Positions 10,243 through 24,500 of a DNA stretch of 64,000 nucleotides are shown piece by piece. The notes beneath the pieces are model-generated. The model was not told where the DNA came from. It was given only the letters and a program-made list of their open reading frames with translations, and did not search any database. The stretch's first letter is position 1; every line of letters starts with the position of its first letter. A program made the translations under genes and the position numbers. The DNA comes from Octopus sinensis (taxonomy: Eukaryota), in the NCBI RefSeq assembly GCF_006345805.1, contig NC_043003.1:3038001-3102000 (forward strand), given 5' to 3'.

Positions 10243-13200
10243 ATGGCGAAGAGGAAGGCGTCGCGAGTCGAAGCTGCGAAGAAGAAGTCGAAGCCCGAGG
10301 AGAAAGTCGAGGTTTTACCTTCTGTTATACAATCTGATGATCCACCAGCCAAAAAGGTATGTGCACTGTTTCAGTTTATTGAAATTAAAAAAGCAAAAAT
10401 GATATTACTGATTCGATATCGTTTCTGTCCCCGTTCAATCGGAAAACTTGTGTTTCGCTTCGGAAACGTAATTTTGTTGGTTTTTTGTCTTTCATAAAAG
10501 TTTACTAAATCAAACACTCAAGAAAAAATAATATAAAATGTAAATTAAAAATTCTCAGACGTTAATAACCATAAAAAGTACGTTTTTTCCTGCAACAATT
10601 CCAAGAAATTCCCGATTTTATGTGAGTCGTTCGACTCACGTGGAGATGTTTGTGAAATGTCGAAGATTCTTTTTACATTCATCGAAGTTTCTCTCTACAA
10701 ATTTTCCTAACGACCAACAAATCGCTGAATTCTCCACTCCACCCTCTTTCTTCGAATAAATTTACGGACAAAAGTGAAAAATAATTTCCAGATGTTCTTT
10801 ATGTATCTTTTTTTAATTTACTTTATACATTTGCATCGTTAGACTTCATAAAATTCCTGGTAAATTTTACCGAATTCCTTTCGTGGTCAACGGATCCGTT
10901 CGAGTTTCGACCGAAGACGATGTCCTTAGGATGGTCTTACGATCCACCTGGCATCTGATACTAATGTCTCAGTCATTTTCTATCTTTATTATTCGAAACA
11001 AACCACAGACTGGTCGCTGCAATCAGTTAATATGAACAACCTTGGGGTTTATTGTTCAATTTAAATGTGAATGTGAATTCTAACTGGTTCCTTTGTGTTC
11101 TTGTGACTAAATTACCGAAATATGTCTTTTTTTTTTTTATACAGACTAAATGGATAAACAAACAGAGGGTATTGGTGCTTGCCACCCGAGGGATTATGGC
11201 CCAGGCTCGTCACTTAATGAATGACATGAAGAGATTAATGCCTCACTGTAAACGAGGTAAAAACTTTTGATTACTATGATGTTAATAATCTTTATTTTCT
11301 TTGTTGTGCAGAATCAGAATTGTCGGTCCAGATGGAGGATATGTAAACGGAACCCTTCCTCGCCACTCAATTTTTTTTATGGAATCCCACGTCTTAGGTT
11401 ATGGAAATTCTGAAAAAATTTTTTTCAAAAATCGCAACTTCAAAATTTCAATTTCCCCGTTTTCGTTTTTCACTTTTTCCGGATTTTTTTTTTCTTGTGG
11501 GGGGCGAAATACGTACACAAAAATACGGAAATTATGATTCTGAAGAAAAATTGTTTGTAAAATTGAAGGCGTGGAAGGGTTCAGTTTTCATGTCTTCCAT
11601 CTGGACCGAATTGTCATTTAGAATAAAGTGTTTCGAACAGTTGAAGAACTAAAATCATTTAATTCAACCTCAAAGAAATACGGATTGTGATGAAAGAGCT
11701 TACTTTGTAACCTCATGGTTTCACGTTCCCTGTAACTGTGTGTTATCTTGGATATGTCATCATCATCATCATCATTTAATGACTGTTTTCCATGCTGGCA
11801 TGGGTTGGACAGTAGGTAGGAGCTAGTAAGGCTGGGAACTGCACTAGGCTCCACTGTTTTGCATGGATGCCCTTCATAACACCAACCACTTTACAGAGTG
11901 TACTGGGTGCGTTTTACATGGCACCAGCTGTGATGTCGTTTGGGCCCCACATAAAGGAAAAGTCTGGTAATTTGGTGGTTTCAGTGAGTAAAGACATGGA
12001 ACAAAGTATTGTAAATTTATAAAGATAGTGTTGAGAAAAGCATCAAGCTGTAGGAAACTGCTTCAAGAACCATTATTTACTTGAATAGCAAGGATAGTAT
12101 TTTGGTTTTGGATTTGGTTTCCATACATATAAACATTGTACATAGTTGCAAAACATGCACACACAAGGAGACAGAAGTGCATAGATATACAAACACACGC
12201 TCTCACATACACAAACATGCAAGCACATGAATATGCAGAATACATACATACATACATACAGATGGACACATATATGCATAGGCACACACACACATGCGCA
12301 GAAACAAACAAAAAGGAACGCAGTGTAAATAACGGACAGTCAAGACTATTGGAAAGGTTGCAAGAAGCAATGAAAATTTTAGGAAAATAAAAATAAGAAA
12401 TAAGTGGAAATTTTACCAGTGAGTGTGTTACATTATAAGGCACAAAAAGAAAATGACTCTCCCCAGACACAAAAGGACATTATTCTTTTTGTGTAAGTTG
12501 TATCATTGATAGAAGTTGATAATATTTTCATTTGTGCTTATACTGAACAATACCAACATGTAAATCAGGGTGGCACCTGAAAGGCAGCTTTCAAGTTATG
12601 GGTCTCATCGAGGCAATGATGAATGACTGACACCTTTGGCAATATGCTGCACCTGAGAAGACTCATCAAGCCAAGCAAAATCGTAATTGTGGCAGATACT
12701 GGTGTCATGCAAATGGCACCCGTGCCAGTGGCATGTAAAAGCATCCATAACAATCCTGGAGTGGTCAGTGTTAGGGAGGGCATCCAGTGCATTGAAACCA
12801 TGCCAAATCAGACTTGAGGTCTGGTACAACCTTCCAGCCTTGCCAGTCTCGGTCAAACTGTCCAACCCATGCCAGCATGGACAATGGACGTCAGGTGATG
12901 ATGATATTCATTGAAGTTTGTTTTCTGCACAGTGTATTATTATTATTATTATTATGTGCTTAGTGGCATTTCGTTCATCATTACATTCTGAGTTCAGATT
13001 CCACCGAGGTTGACTTTGCCCTTCATCCTTTTGGGGTTGATGTAGTCAATTTCTCAATGCTCTCAAAATTACTAGCCTTATGCCGAAAATTAGAAAGAAT
13101 TATTATTTTGAATTCATGCATTTTTGGTTGTCTAAAAAGATTATTTTGTTGTTTACTGGACAGAACCGAAAATGAATTGCAAAGATGATATTCCTGCAGT

Positions 13201-14988
13201 GAATCAGGTAAGTGAAAATTTGTAAAAATATTTCTTATTATTTCCATATTGATTGTATTAGTTATTGATTTTGTATTTGTATTAGATATTTGTGATATGT
13301 CCTAATTGGTGATAGACTCTATTACTGTTAAAAGGTTCCTCTGTGGCTATGATTGATGACTTTTTACAAATACAAAAATCATTTCTTATACTACAAAGCC
13401 AACAAGGCAGCCTTGTACACGATCATTTGATTTGCTTGAAATACCAGCCAAATACCTCTCAAATCACATCCTGCTATTTAGAAATAGAGACATTGGATCG
13501 TGCAGTGAAAGAACACTAAAATTAAAAGATCCTTGAATGTCTCTTCTATATCTGGTTTGCTTAAGGCTAAATAGCATAACCCCCAAAAAAACTGAATCAC
13601 AAAAGCAAGTTTTTTCTTTCAGTATTAAATTATTTTGGTTCATAAAAAAAAATAAAATAACCCCGCAAAATATGTGTGACTGATTAGCAAGTGTCCTTGG
13701 CACCTGGACATTGTTTTCTTGGACATCTTGGGTTAATGCAAGGCTTTCAACTAATGATGATTTATAGTAAGGTGCAGGTGTAGCTGTATGGTTAAGAAGT
13801 TTGCTTTGTAACCAATTGGTTTCAGGTTCAGTACCACTGCACAACACCTTGGGCAAATGTCATCTTCTACCACTGGATGCCTGCCCTTCCTAACGCCAAC
13901 TACCTTACAGTGTGTGCTGGGCTGGGTTTTTTTTTTTTTTTTTTTGTAGCATTGGCATGAGTGAAGTCACCAAATAACTTATAAGACCCCTCAATCAAGT
14001 ACTGTATTGAGGGATATGGCTTTGTGCTGGGTTTTGAGATGTTAATGTATGGTAGAGGGACAAGAATAGGTATGTTGTTGTAGAGGAGATACAGGGCTAT
14101 CCCAGCTGGAAAGAAAGGATGGTGAAGTTGAGAGATTAGGATGTACCCTGAATGTGCAAGGAGGTATAGAATCAAGTATAGATGGGTGGGGGAGGTCTTG
14201 AGAATATGAAAGGAGTGTTGACAGACAGTCAGGGATGGGGAAGATGGATGGAGGTGGTCAGTGGTAAATGTGTTTATTAGGAGCGAGAGTGAAGCGAGTA
14301 AGAGTGTGTTGGGGAGATAAGTGACAGTAGAAAAGAAAGGGGGTGGGATGGAGCATAGAAATAAGGAGATGATGTGAAAGTGTGGGGAAGAGATATGCTC
14401 AGTGGCAGAGATGGAGGTCAGAGGCATGTAGGGGTGGATATAGCGAGTGATGAACAAAGATTGAAGGGGTGTTTGGTGGCAGATACGAAGGGTATTTTAG
14501 GGGAAAGGAGATTTTAAGGAAATAAAGAGTTATGGGATGATGTTGAGAGTGCAGGGTGAGTGAGAAGGGAAGTGGTTCCAAGGAAAAGGATAACTGGAAG
14601 CACCAAAGTGGGGATAGAATATGTGCAGTTCTGTTCTCAAACAGCTGAGGGAAATAGTAGTGCCGTTAGAAGAGTGAAGAAGGGATAGGGGTTAGAGAGG
14701 AGTTATGAGGATGGCTTGTGAGAAACGTATTGGATGCAGAGATCTGATGACCATGTCTTTTTTGCTGAGATTGATGGGGGCTTCTGGAACCTGGCTAATC
14801 CTCAATTATCTTGGTTGTTCTTCGTCTCCTTTGTGAGGATCAACAACCTGAAGTCAGTTCTGCTAGTTTCTCTTATTACTAGTTGTCTCTGCATGGAAAA
14901 AATTTTTTTTTAATTATGGAATTAAAATTAAGTCATTGTTGGAAGATTTCTGCTTTCAGTTCTGTGAATCATTGCTGTAATATATTTT

Positions 14989-15020
<32 letters not shown>

Positions 15021-15478
15021 GTAGGTGTGTGAAATGAGGAATTGTAATAAGTGTATACTTTTTGAATCCAGGAAAAAGAAAGATTTATACATGTGGTAAG
15101 TTTAGTTTCTTTGAGACAGGAGATTGTGGAAATTGAGAAAATGTTTTTTTATGTGTGTTGTGTGTATTTTGTAAAATATATTGGTAGAAGCTTTTGTGTG
15201 TTTCTGTATCACTTTAATTTCTGTCTAGATAATTTTAAAACATTTCTGTCCTTTTTTTACTTTCTGTAGGATATCAAACGTCCCAAATGGACCGTCTGCT
15301 AAGTTTCATGTACAAAATGGTAAGTAGAATCTTGAAATTTGAAGTAAATATTTTCAGTGTGAATAACATGTTTTAGGTTGAATGTCCTTCTTAGTTCCAT
15401 CATAAAGCATTATTGTGTGTGTGTGTGATTTTCTAGTTTTAAAAGATTTAATCAAGTGCTTGGGGGGGGGGGGGTAAT

Positions 15479-15533
<55 letters not shown>

Positions 15534-18500
15534 CATACATACATACATACATACAGGGGTTGAACAAAACACCATAAAATTTCAAACAAATTTATTTTAA
15601 TATTTTAATATTTACGTGCAGGTGGCACATAAAAAGCACCCACTACACTCACGGAGTGGTTGGCGTTGGGAAGGGCATCCAGCCGTAGAAACACTGCCAG
15701 ATCTGACTGGGCCTGATGAAGCCTTCCAGCTTCACAGACCCCAGTTGAACCGTCCAACCCATGCTAGCATGGAGAACGGACGCTAAATGATGATGATGAT
15801 GATGGGGTAGGACTGTCTTTGGCAGTAATTACACCTTGAATTCTACAAGGTATGGACTCGTACAAAGTTTGAATTATTTCCAAAGGAATTTTTGTCCATT
15901 CCCCAGCTAGAGCAGTCTCCAGATCTTGTAGTGATGAGGGTGGAGGATATTGACTCCTTACTTGTTTTTCTAAAATGCACCATAAATGTTCAATAATATT
16001 GAGATTTGGGGACTGTGGTGGCCAGATAAGATGTTCAACTTCACTAGAATGTTCCTCATGCCATTCAGTAACAACTTTAGCTGTGTGAATTGGTGCTTTA
16101 TCATCCTGAAAGATTGCATTTCCCTCAGGAAACAGTTCTGCGACCATAGGATGAATTTGATCAGATAAAATGCTTGAATAGTCTTGATTATTAATTCTGC
16201 CATGAAGGGAAACCATTGGGTCGGCACATTTTCAAGATACAGCCTCCCAGATCATCACAGATCCTCCATGTTTAACAGTTGGAAGAAGGCAGTCTGGGTC
16301 AAATGCTTCTTTTGGCTTTCTCTACATGTATACTCAGCCAGTGGTCAGAAATATAGTAAAGGATGACTCATCCAAGAAAATAACATTCTTCCATTGCTCT
16401 AGTGACCAATTCTGTAGGTTTTTACTCCACTCTAAACGCTTTGCAACGTTTGTTTTTGAAAGTAGTGGTTTTCTGATTGCAGCCTTCTGTGAAATCTGGC
16501 TTTGTGCAGCTCCCAGTGAACAGTTTTTGTGGAAACTGGGTTCTCGAGGAGGTCATTAAGCTCTGCAGTAATTTTGAGAGCTGTACTTTTGTGATCCTTT
16601 CTTACAATTCTTCGCGTAAGAATCTGACGGTCCCTATCTGAAAGTTTTGTTTTGATGAGGAGGTTTTTCCCTCTTTCTTAAAGGCTGTCATTACTTTCGA
16701 GACAGTACTTCTTGATACACCAAACATTTCAGCTGGTTTTGTTACGCGAGCACCAACAATTTGACCTCTTTGAAAGTCCAATAGATCTGTCATTTTAATG
16801 AATTTTAATTATCTTTTTCTGATGATATCTGAAAAGAAACAGCCTTTTTAGCAAAACATATTAAGCAACACTAATAATAAATCAAAAGACGTAAAAACAA
16901 GCTTTTGACAGTTTTATAGATATTTCAAAATTATGATGCTAGGTGTTTCCATTATTTTGTCCAACTCCTTTGTGTAAAATATATTAATTTATATTTTGTT
17001 TGTTTCTCAATTTTTGTTAAAAAAGCTTTTTTGTTTGTTTGTTTTTAGTTCACACTATGTGTGAATTGAAATTAACAGGGAACTGTTTGAAGGGTTCAAG
17101 ACCCATGCTGATATTTGATCAAGTGAGTACCCTCTGGTTTTCACATTTCATAATCTCATTCATTTCTGTTTTATTAAATATTTTATTGAAACAAATATGA
17201 TTGTAATTTAAGCTTTTTTCAATTTTAATCTTCTTTTAAACATTAAATCAAACATTTGTTTTGTGTCTTGAGAATTAGTAAGGTTTCCTCTTTTTCCTTT
17301 TGCATTGTCTGGTTTCCTCCTCCTCCCTTATGCATCTGGTGATGCAAACTCCTGACAATTCTGCACCAAACGCAAGGTTTCCTTGAGGGCTGCTGGCACT
17401 TTAGTGATGCAGTTAGCTGTAAATCATTCCCCTGTATCAACATGTTTAACTCTTTAACCTCTCCAGCCAAAAGGAAAGTGTTAAAGGCAGAATTGGTTCA
17501 GAGGAAATGTAAATCTGGACTTGGGTTGCTGCCTAAAATCCTCTCTCTCTCTCTCTCTCTCTCCAGAAACCTCCAGATCAGCCCTAATCAAAGACATTTC
17601 AGCCATAGATATTACATCCTTCTCTTGAGCATTTTGTAACCAGAACTACATTATGGTAAAGATTGTTTGCCAACATAACATGGCAGTCCTGGTTTAGGAC
17701 GAATGTTGCTGTAATTTAGCCCCAGGAGACATCGTCTCCAGCTGGCTATATGACATGACCTGTGTCCTTACATTTTTCGAACAAGGGCATTTAGCACCCC
17801 TACTCAGCTCAAAACAATATCTGTGTATTGCGATTTCCTGGTTATTTCCCTTCATCAGCACAGAATAATTGTTCGGCTAGAGGTGGCGCTGCCAAATTCC
17901 CGTTCGAAATATATAGTTTTCAAAGTGACAACTAGTCACTGATTTATAAATTAGAGAATTACTATTTTTAAATCTCACAACATTGCTTGAAAATATAAGG
18001 ACACAGATCGTGTCGTATAGCCAGCTGGAGACGATGTCCCCTGGGGCTAAATTACAGCAACATTCGTCCTAAACCAGGACTGCCATGCTATGTTGGCAAA
18101 CAATCTTTACTCCAAAGTACTGTTGCTGAATATCTCCCGTTGTGAGACTTTTCTAGAACTACATTTTCCTATGAAACTCCTTTTTCAAGCCAAGAGGGTG
18201 TAATTTGAGGGAAATTTAGCTATCCAACAGAATAGACACATAATGTTTTATATACTGTAAGGCTTTTTTTTTTTTCTAAATATGTAAACAATAAGTGGAA
18301 TTAATCCAAAACTGAGCCTGAATTTCCAAATAACAAGGAGTCAGAATGGTAAAGAAACGAAATGAATTAAAACTTAATTGGGAAAATTAGCCATGTGGTT
18401 GTTGAAAATAATCAGTATCTAAGTTTACCTGACAAGTACTACACAGTTATGGATTCTCAATACACTAAACAAATGTTTGATTTAATGCTTAAAAGAAAAT

Positions 18501-21500
18501 TAAAATTGTAAAAAGCTTAAATTGCAATCATAGCAACTGTGCCAAAACAGACAAAATGGAGTCTGATGCAGTCCGACCAGGTAAAGGACCTGGGTATCTT
18601 GGTGGATTCTTCCTTTTTGCCTTCGGCCCAGTGTGTCCATGCTGCCAACAAAGCACGCGGAGTTCTGTTCTTGATTCGACGGTCATTTGGAATGCTCACA
18701 GTAGCCATATTCCTACCGCTCTATGTCACGCTGGTGAGACCCATATTGGAGTAATGGGATTCAAGCCTCTTCTCCTTATCTCCTCAAAGACATACATCAT
18801 CTCGAAAGAGTCCAGAAGCTGGCTACCCGCATGGTTCTTGGTCTCAAGCATTTGTCTAATGAAGAAAGGCTGAAGACGCTCGACCTTTATTCTCTAGAAA
18901 AACGACACCGTGGTGATCTCATTCTTGCTCACAACATCATAAGCGGAAAGTGTAACCTCTTGAAAGAGCTGTTCTTCACTCCTGCTCCAGAGCGTCGGCT
19001 GCGGGGTCACTCCGAAAAGCTCTATCTATGACGATTTCATCTCAATCAAAGGAGAGGGGCTTTCTCCATCCGGGTTGCGGATCCGTGGAATAGGCTGCCA
19101 GACGAGATAATGAAGATGCCGACGACCGCTTTGTTCAAAGTCTCCCTTGACCACAAATGGCCTGAACTCCCTCCCTGTACATAACTCCATGTCCCCCTAC
19201 GTGGCCTTGCTTTTTTAGCCAAAAATTTAACTTAACTTAGCTTGTCTCCAATCTGGCCCTCAAACTGCACAACCCATGCCAGCATGGGGCACAGGTGTTG
19301 AATGATGTGCTTTTGCCACATGAAACATTAAAACTTTTGATTTTAATCTTTGTTTTTGTTCATATCTAAAATTCCTGAGAAGCTGAACGACCAGCTTCTT
19401 CATCTGGAGCCGTAGTTCTTTGTTGATATTAAATGGTTCTTATTCTCACGCAACAGTCTTACATGCCAATGGAAATCTATCTCTTGTCATCATTGGTATT
19501 TGTAGAGAAGAACATTTAGATAAATCTCTGTAAATTGTGATGAAGCTTTTAATTTCTGTTAATGTTCTACAGACACAAATTTCCCAAAAGAGGAGGGTGG
19601 GGAATCTGTTATGATGGCTTAAGTAAAATATAGGTTCCTTGAAGGGCATCGGGATTTTTAATTTGTTTTGTTGTGAATTTGTGGTTTTACTGATTTCTTG
19701 TTTTTTACTTTCAATATTTTCAGACATTTGATTCTGAACCACACTGGAAAATCCTTAAAGAATTGTTTACACAAGTGAGTTCTGTTTTCTAATAATATCC
19801 ATCTTCCGTGTGCATGTGTGTGTGGTCTGGATTTTTACTCTGAATTTTGTATTCAGAAAAATCTTTTCCCATTCTAGTAATTACCATTCTTTTACAACTC
19901 CTTTTTATAACATAACTTACTTCTACAGGCATGGCTGCGGGAGTGGGGCAGAGGCTGGCTTGGTTCAGTCCAACTGCCTGTCCCCTTAAAGTCTTTTTTA
20001 CCTTTGAGTGAAAATTTGAGCAAAATTGTGGGGAAGTCCATCAGTTGTGTGTGTGTGTGTACATTCTGAGTTCAGATTCTGCTAAGATTGACTTTGTCTG
20101 TCCCTTTGGGGTTGATAAAATAATTGCCAGTCAAGTACTGGAGTAGATGTAACTGACTTAAAAACTACTGGTTTTGTGCCAGAATTTGAGACCATTATTA
20201 TTAGGCCTTGTGCCTATGTTAGAAACGGTTATTATAATTAATCTTGCTGTGTTAACGAGTGAAACCTTATTTGTCTTGAAGTTCTAAATATTAACATGTG
20301 TGGTTAGTGTTAGGAAGGGCATCCAGCTGTAGAAGCCATGCCAAAACAAAGTATGGAACCTGATGGGCTCCTGTCAAATCATCCAACCCATGCCAGCATA
20401 GAAAATGACGTTAAATCATGACAAATTCTAATCTGTATACATTGTGAATTATTTTTTTTATATCTTTAACCGTTTCCTTTCTTCTTGAATTTCAGGTTTT
20501 TGGGACACCAAATCAACACCCAAAGAGTCAACCTTTCATCGATCACATTTTCTCTTTTTCAATCCTTGACAATCATATTTGGTTTAGAAATTATTCTATC
20601 ACAGATGAACTGGGTACACTTGTAGAAATTGGTGAGTATTTTTGCATAAAGTTTCTTTATAAAAAAAAAAGTGGAAGAATTGGTTTTAAAATACCTTGTA
20701 GTGTTTGGTTCTATTCCCTGTTTTGAGCCAAAAGCAATTAAGTTCCAGTGAAATCTTTCTAATTTAGTCCCCATAAGACTTGAGGGTCCGTGCAGGCCAA
20801 ATAGTAAATTGAGGATCCACATACGTATATTAGGGGTCCATGTAAAGTTTTGCAAGGGACATAGGTTTCTTTCTTTGACGTTTTACATAGTTCAAACTAC
20901 ACAAGTGAATGTGTGAAAAACAAAATAGGGATTTTGAAAGAAGGGTCTATGAAGCCATCAAATGGCTGAGGTGGAGGTCCATCGAAATAAAGTTCATGTG
21001 ATTTTCCATTTTATGAGAATACTTGGATGCTGACCGAATTTTGGTGTGGATAATAATTACTTGTATGATGTAATTTATTCATCTCAAAGAATGAAGAAGT
21101 CAATTAAACTGAGAGATTAGCTCAGTTTATAGAAAGAACTGTAAAACGGACTTTCTTGTGATTTGTTGTTTGATCAAATTGTACATATCTCTCATCATCG
21201 TTTAACGTCCGTTTTCCATGCTAGAATGGGTTGGACAGTTCGACCGGGGTCTGGGAAGCCAGGAGGCTGCACCAGGCTCCAGTCTGATCTGTGAGTGTAG
21301 TGGGTGCTTTTTACGTGCCACCGGCACGGAAGCCAGTCAAGGTGGCACTGGCATCGACCACATACAGATGGTACTTTTTACGTGCCACCAGCACAGGTGC
21401 CAGGGGAAGCTGGCATCGGCCACATACAGGTGGTGCTTTTTAGGTGCCAGGGTAGGCTGGTAACGGCCACGATTGGTTGGTGCTTTTTAGGTGCCACCGG

Positions 21501-24500
21501 CACGGAATAATGGTTTCGAGTTTTGGCACAAGGCCAGCAATTTCGGGAGGGTGGGGGATGGACCATATTTTATTGACTGCAAAAGGATAAAAGGCGAAAT
21601 CGAACTCAGAACGTAAAGATGGACAAAATGCCCTTATTCGTTTTACCTGTTGTGCTAACGGTCCTGTTAGCTTGCTACCTTTTCTGTATTTTAATAATGA
21701 TTTATTTTATCACCTATTGTTCGTCTTAAAAACTCAATAACCAAATTTGATGAAACCTTCAAGCAAATTCTAAAATAATCATAAATTTAGACAGGTTTTG
21801 TAAAGTATTTGTAACTCTTTTATTCATTAACGTCCTACAAACTCAACAGAATATTTGCGTCACGGTTACGCTTCCTAAACACCCTAATGTCCTCTCAAGT
21901 CGGTTCCTTTTGTTTACATTTTATATTTAGTTCAAATGTTGTAGGGAACACTTGGATTGGAATAGCTGAAAGTAAATAGTGAGTTTTGAGCCATGCGATG
22001 TCATTGGGTGAGGATTCTTCCTGGAATTTTAATCCTTTCTGGAAATCCTCCTCCTGTTCACTATGGACGTCTGACTTGGTTTACATTGTCAAGAAAAGAA
22101 AAAAGGAATTCGGAACAAACGACTGGAAAATAAGTTATGGCTCAGTGATTATGAAGCTCACAAGGTTTCAAGCCCAGGTCCACTGCCGAGGTCCATTGCC
22201 TTGTGATTTAATTTGGTAGGCAGGAACTTGGTGGAAGCTCATCATGTATATTTGTGTGTCTTTGTGTTCTCTATCACTTGACAACCAGTGTTGGTTTGTT
22301 TATGTTCCTGTAACTTAGCAGTTTCAGAAAAAAAGACCAATAGACTGTGTACCAGATTTATAAAAAAGAATTAGTTCTGGTGTTGATTTGTTTGCCTAAA
22401 ACCTTTCAGGGCAACACCTTAGAATGGCTGCAGTCCAATGACTGAAATAAAATTAACCTGGAAGACATGGTAGAATTATTTCATAACAATTTAGTTTCCA
22501 GCCAAAATTGGATTTTGTCCTTTTGTTCTTGCAATAATTTTGCTGATTTATAAAAACAATTTTTTTACTTTTAGGTCCACGATTTGTGCTTAATCTTGTC
22601 CGAATATTTGAAGGAAGTTTCTGCAAATCCTGCTTGTATATAAATCCTCATTATAAATCTCCAAACGAAGTAAGTAATGATTTATTTTCAATAAGTGTTC
22701 TAATGAAATTCTTCAAAATTGTCTTAAATTACAAAATTGCTTTTGAATGGCTTTATTTGTGGGTCATTTTAAGTTGGATGAGAATTGGTTTTTTTTTTTT
22801 TTATTAGATGTTGGGTGCTTGAGAATGTTTGGTGGCAAGACTATGAACTGCATCTACCCTTTTAGCATTTAAGCCAGCCATAACCTGGCCTGAATATTCT
22901 ACTTGTTTTATGTTTAAAACTGGCCAGATCCAGCCTCTCACTCCTACCCCACAATGTCGTTCTAGAAATATATAATCACCTCAATGAAACCCCAAAGCTC
23001 CAAGATAAGACAAAATCTGAATAAAGAAGCTTTACATTTCATGCATAAATCTCCAGGATTAGGGAATGGAATTAAAATATAGATTAAGGCTGTTCTATAA
23101 TGTTTAAGCTTATATTAATATCGCAAGAAGTTGTTGAGTGAGGCAATGACAGATTGATTTTTTTTTGCTATCCAACTGGAGATGAGATTTAAGTGCTTAA
23201 CCCTTTCGATACCGTATTTCTGTTGAGATGCTCCGAGTTTCTTTCAATTAATTTTAAATATAACAAAGAATTTAGTAAAATAAGTTAGTTATTATTAAGC
23301 TAGTGTCAGGAACATAAATTGTGACTAAGGTTTGGTGGAAGATTTTAGTTCAGAACTTATGAAAACAAGACATTTGTACTACAGAGCCAGAGGCACTTTC
23401 AGTCGGGTTGGTTACAAAAGGGTTAAGAATTTTTTCTTTATTATATATTTTAACCCTTTCGTTACTGTATTTCTGTTGAGATGCTGTGTGTTGCTTTCAA
23501 ATAATTTTAAATATAACAAAGAATTTAGTAAAATAATTTAGTTATTATTAAGCTAGTGTTAGGAACATAAATTGTGACTAAGGTTTGGTGGAAGATTTTA
23601 ATTCAAAACTTATGGAAACAAGACATTTGTACAACAGAGCCAGAACCGGTTTCAGCTGGGTTGGTAATGAAAGGATTAAGGTTGATTATATCATCATTTT
23701 AAATCTCATGAAGATTTTCTGCCAAATTTAAATTTGGAATATAAATTTCGTGGAAGAAATGTATTCAGTAATGAAATTTCTAGGAGTTACTTGGACTTCA
23801 TATAGTATTACATATTATGGCCCCAACTTAATTACCATTATTTTATGACCTATTAGATGCACTTTAAGGAGAGAAATCACTGTGTGTCCTATGTGTGAAG
23901 TTGAGACTCTTGTATAATTATATCTTGAAGAAATGAATGGTTTTACTTGCTGTTGTATAATCATCGTTACCATTTAATGTATATGTTCCGTGCTGGCATG
24001 GGTCGGACAGTTTGACAGGAGCTGGCAAACTAGAGGATTGTGCTAGGCCCTGCTGTCAGCCTTGACAGGGTTTCTATGGTTGTTATGCCCTTCCTGATGC
24101 CAACCACTTTACACAATGTACTGGGTGCTTTTTTACGTGGGACCAAATAACTTGCCAAGATGTGACTCCACAATTGAGGTGGCTTTATGCCAAGTGATGA
24201 GATTTTCAAGCATGGCAGAGGGACTGAAAAGTGTCTAATTGTAAAGGAAATAAATTGCTACCCCAGTTAGGAAAAAGAGTGGGGGGTTATAGATGAGTAT
24301 TGCTTGTCTTTGGATTATTTTAAACTATTGAATTTTTATATCATTGCTATTATGTTAAACTGTCGTATGTCTAAATTTGGCCAAATGTGTTTTTTTTTTA
24401 AATTTTTGTTTCAATATTTATTTTTGCTTGCAATAACCAGTTCTTTTGGTCAAACTATCGTATCTTCAAAAATTGTCAGTGTTTTCTTAGGTCATTGCCA

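Noticed and set aside
14715-14760. GAAAC...CTGATGA permuted hammerhead
   Set aside because: Stems I and II cannot pair.
20990-21115. Possible C/D box snoRNAs in BRIX1 intron 8
   Set aside because: C boxes are imperfect, there is no terminal stem, and no rRNA guide complementarity was recognised.
21218-21566. Many 60-130 aa ORFs overlapping SINEs, here and throughout the window
   Set aside because: The same pseudo-peptides recur wherever the SINE occurs; non-coding.
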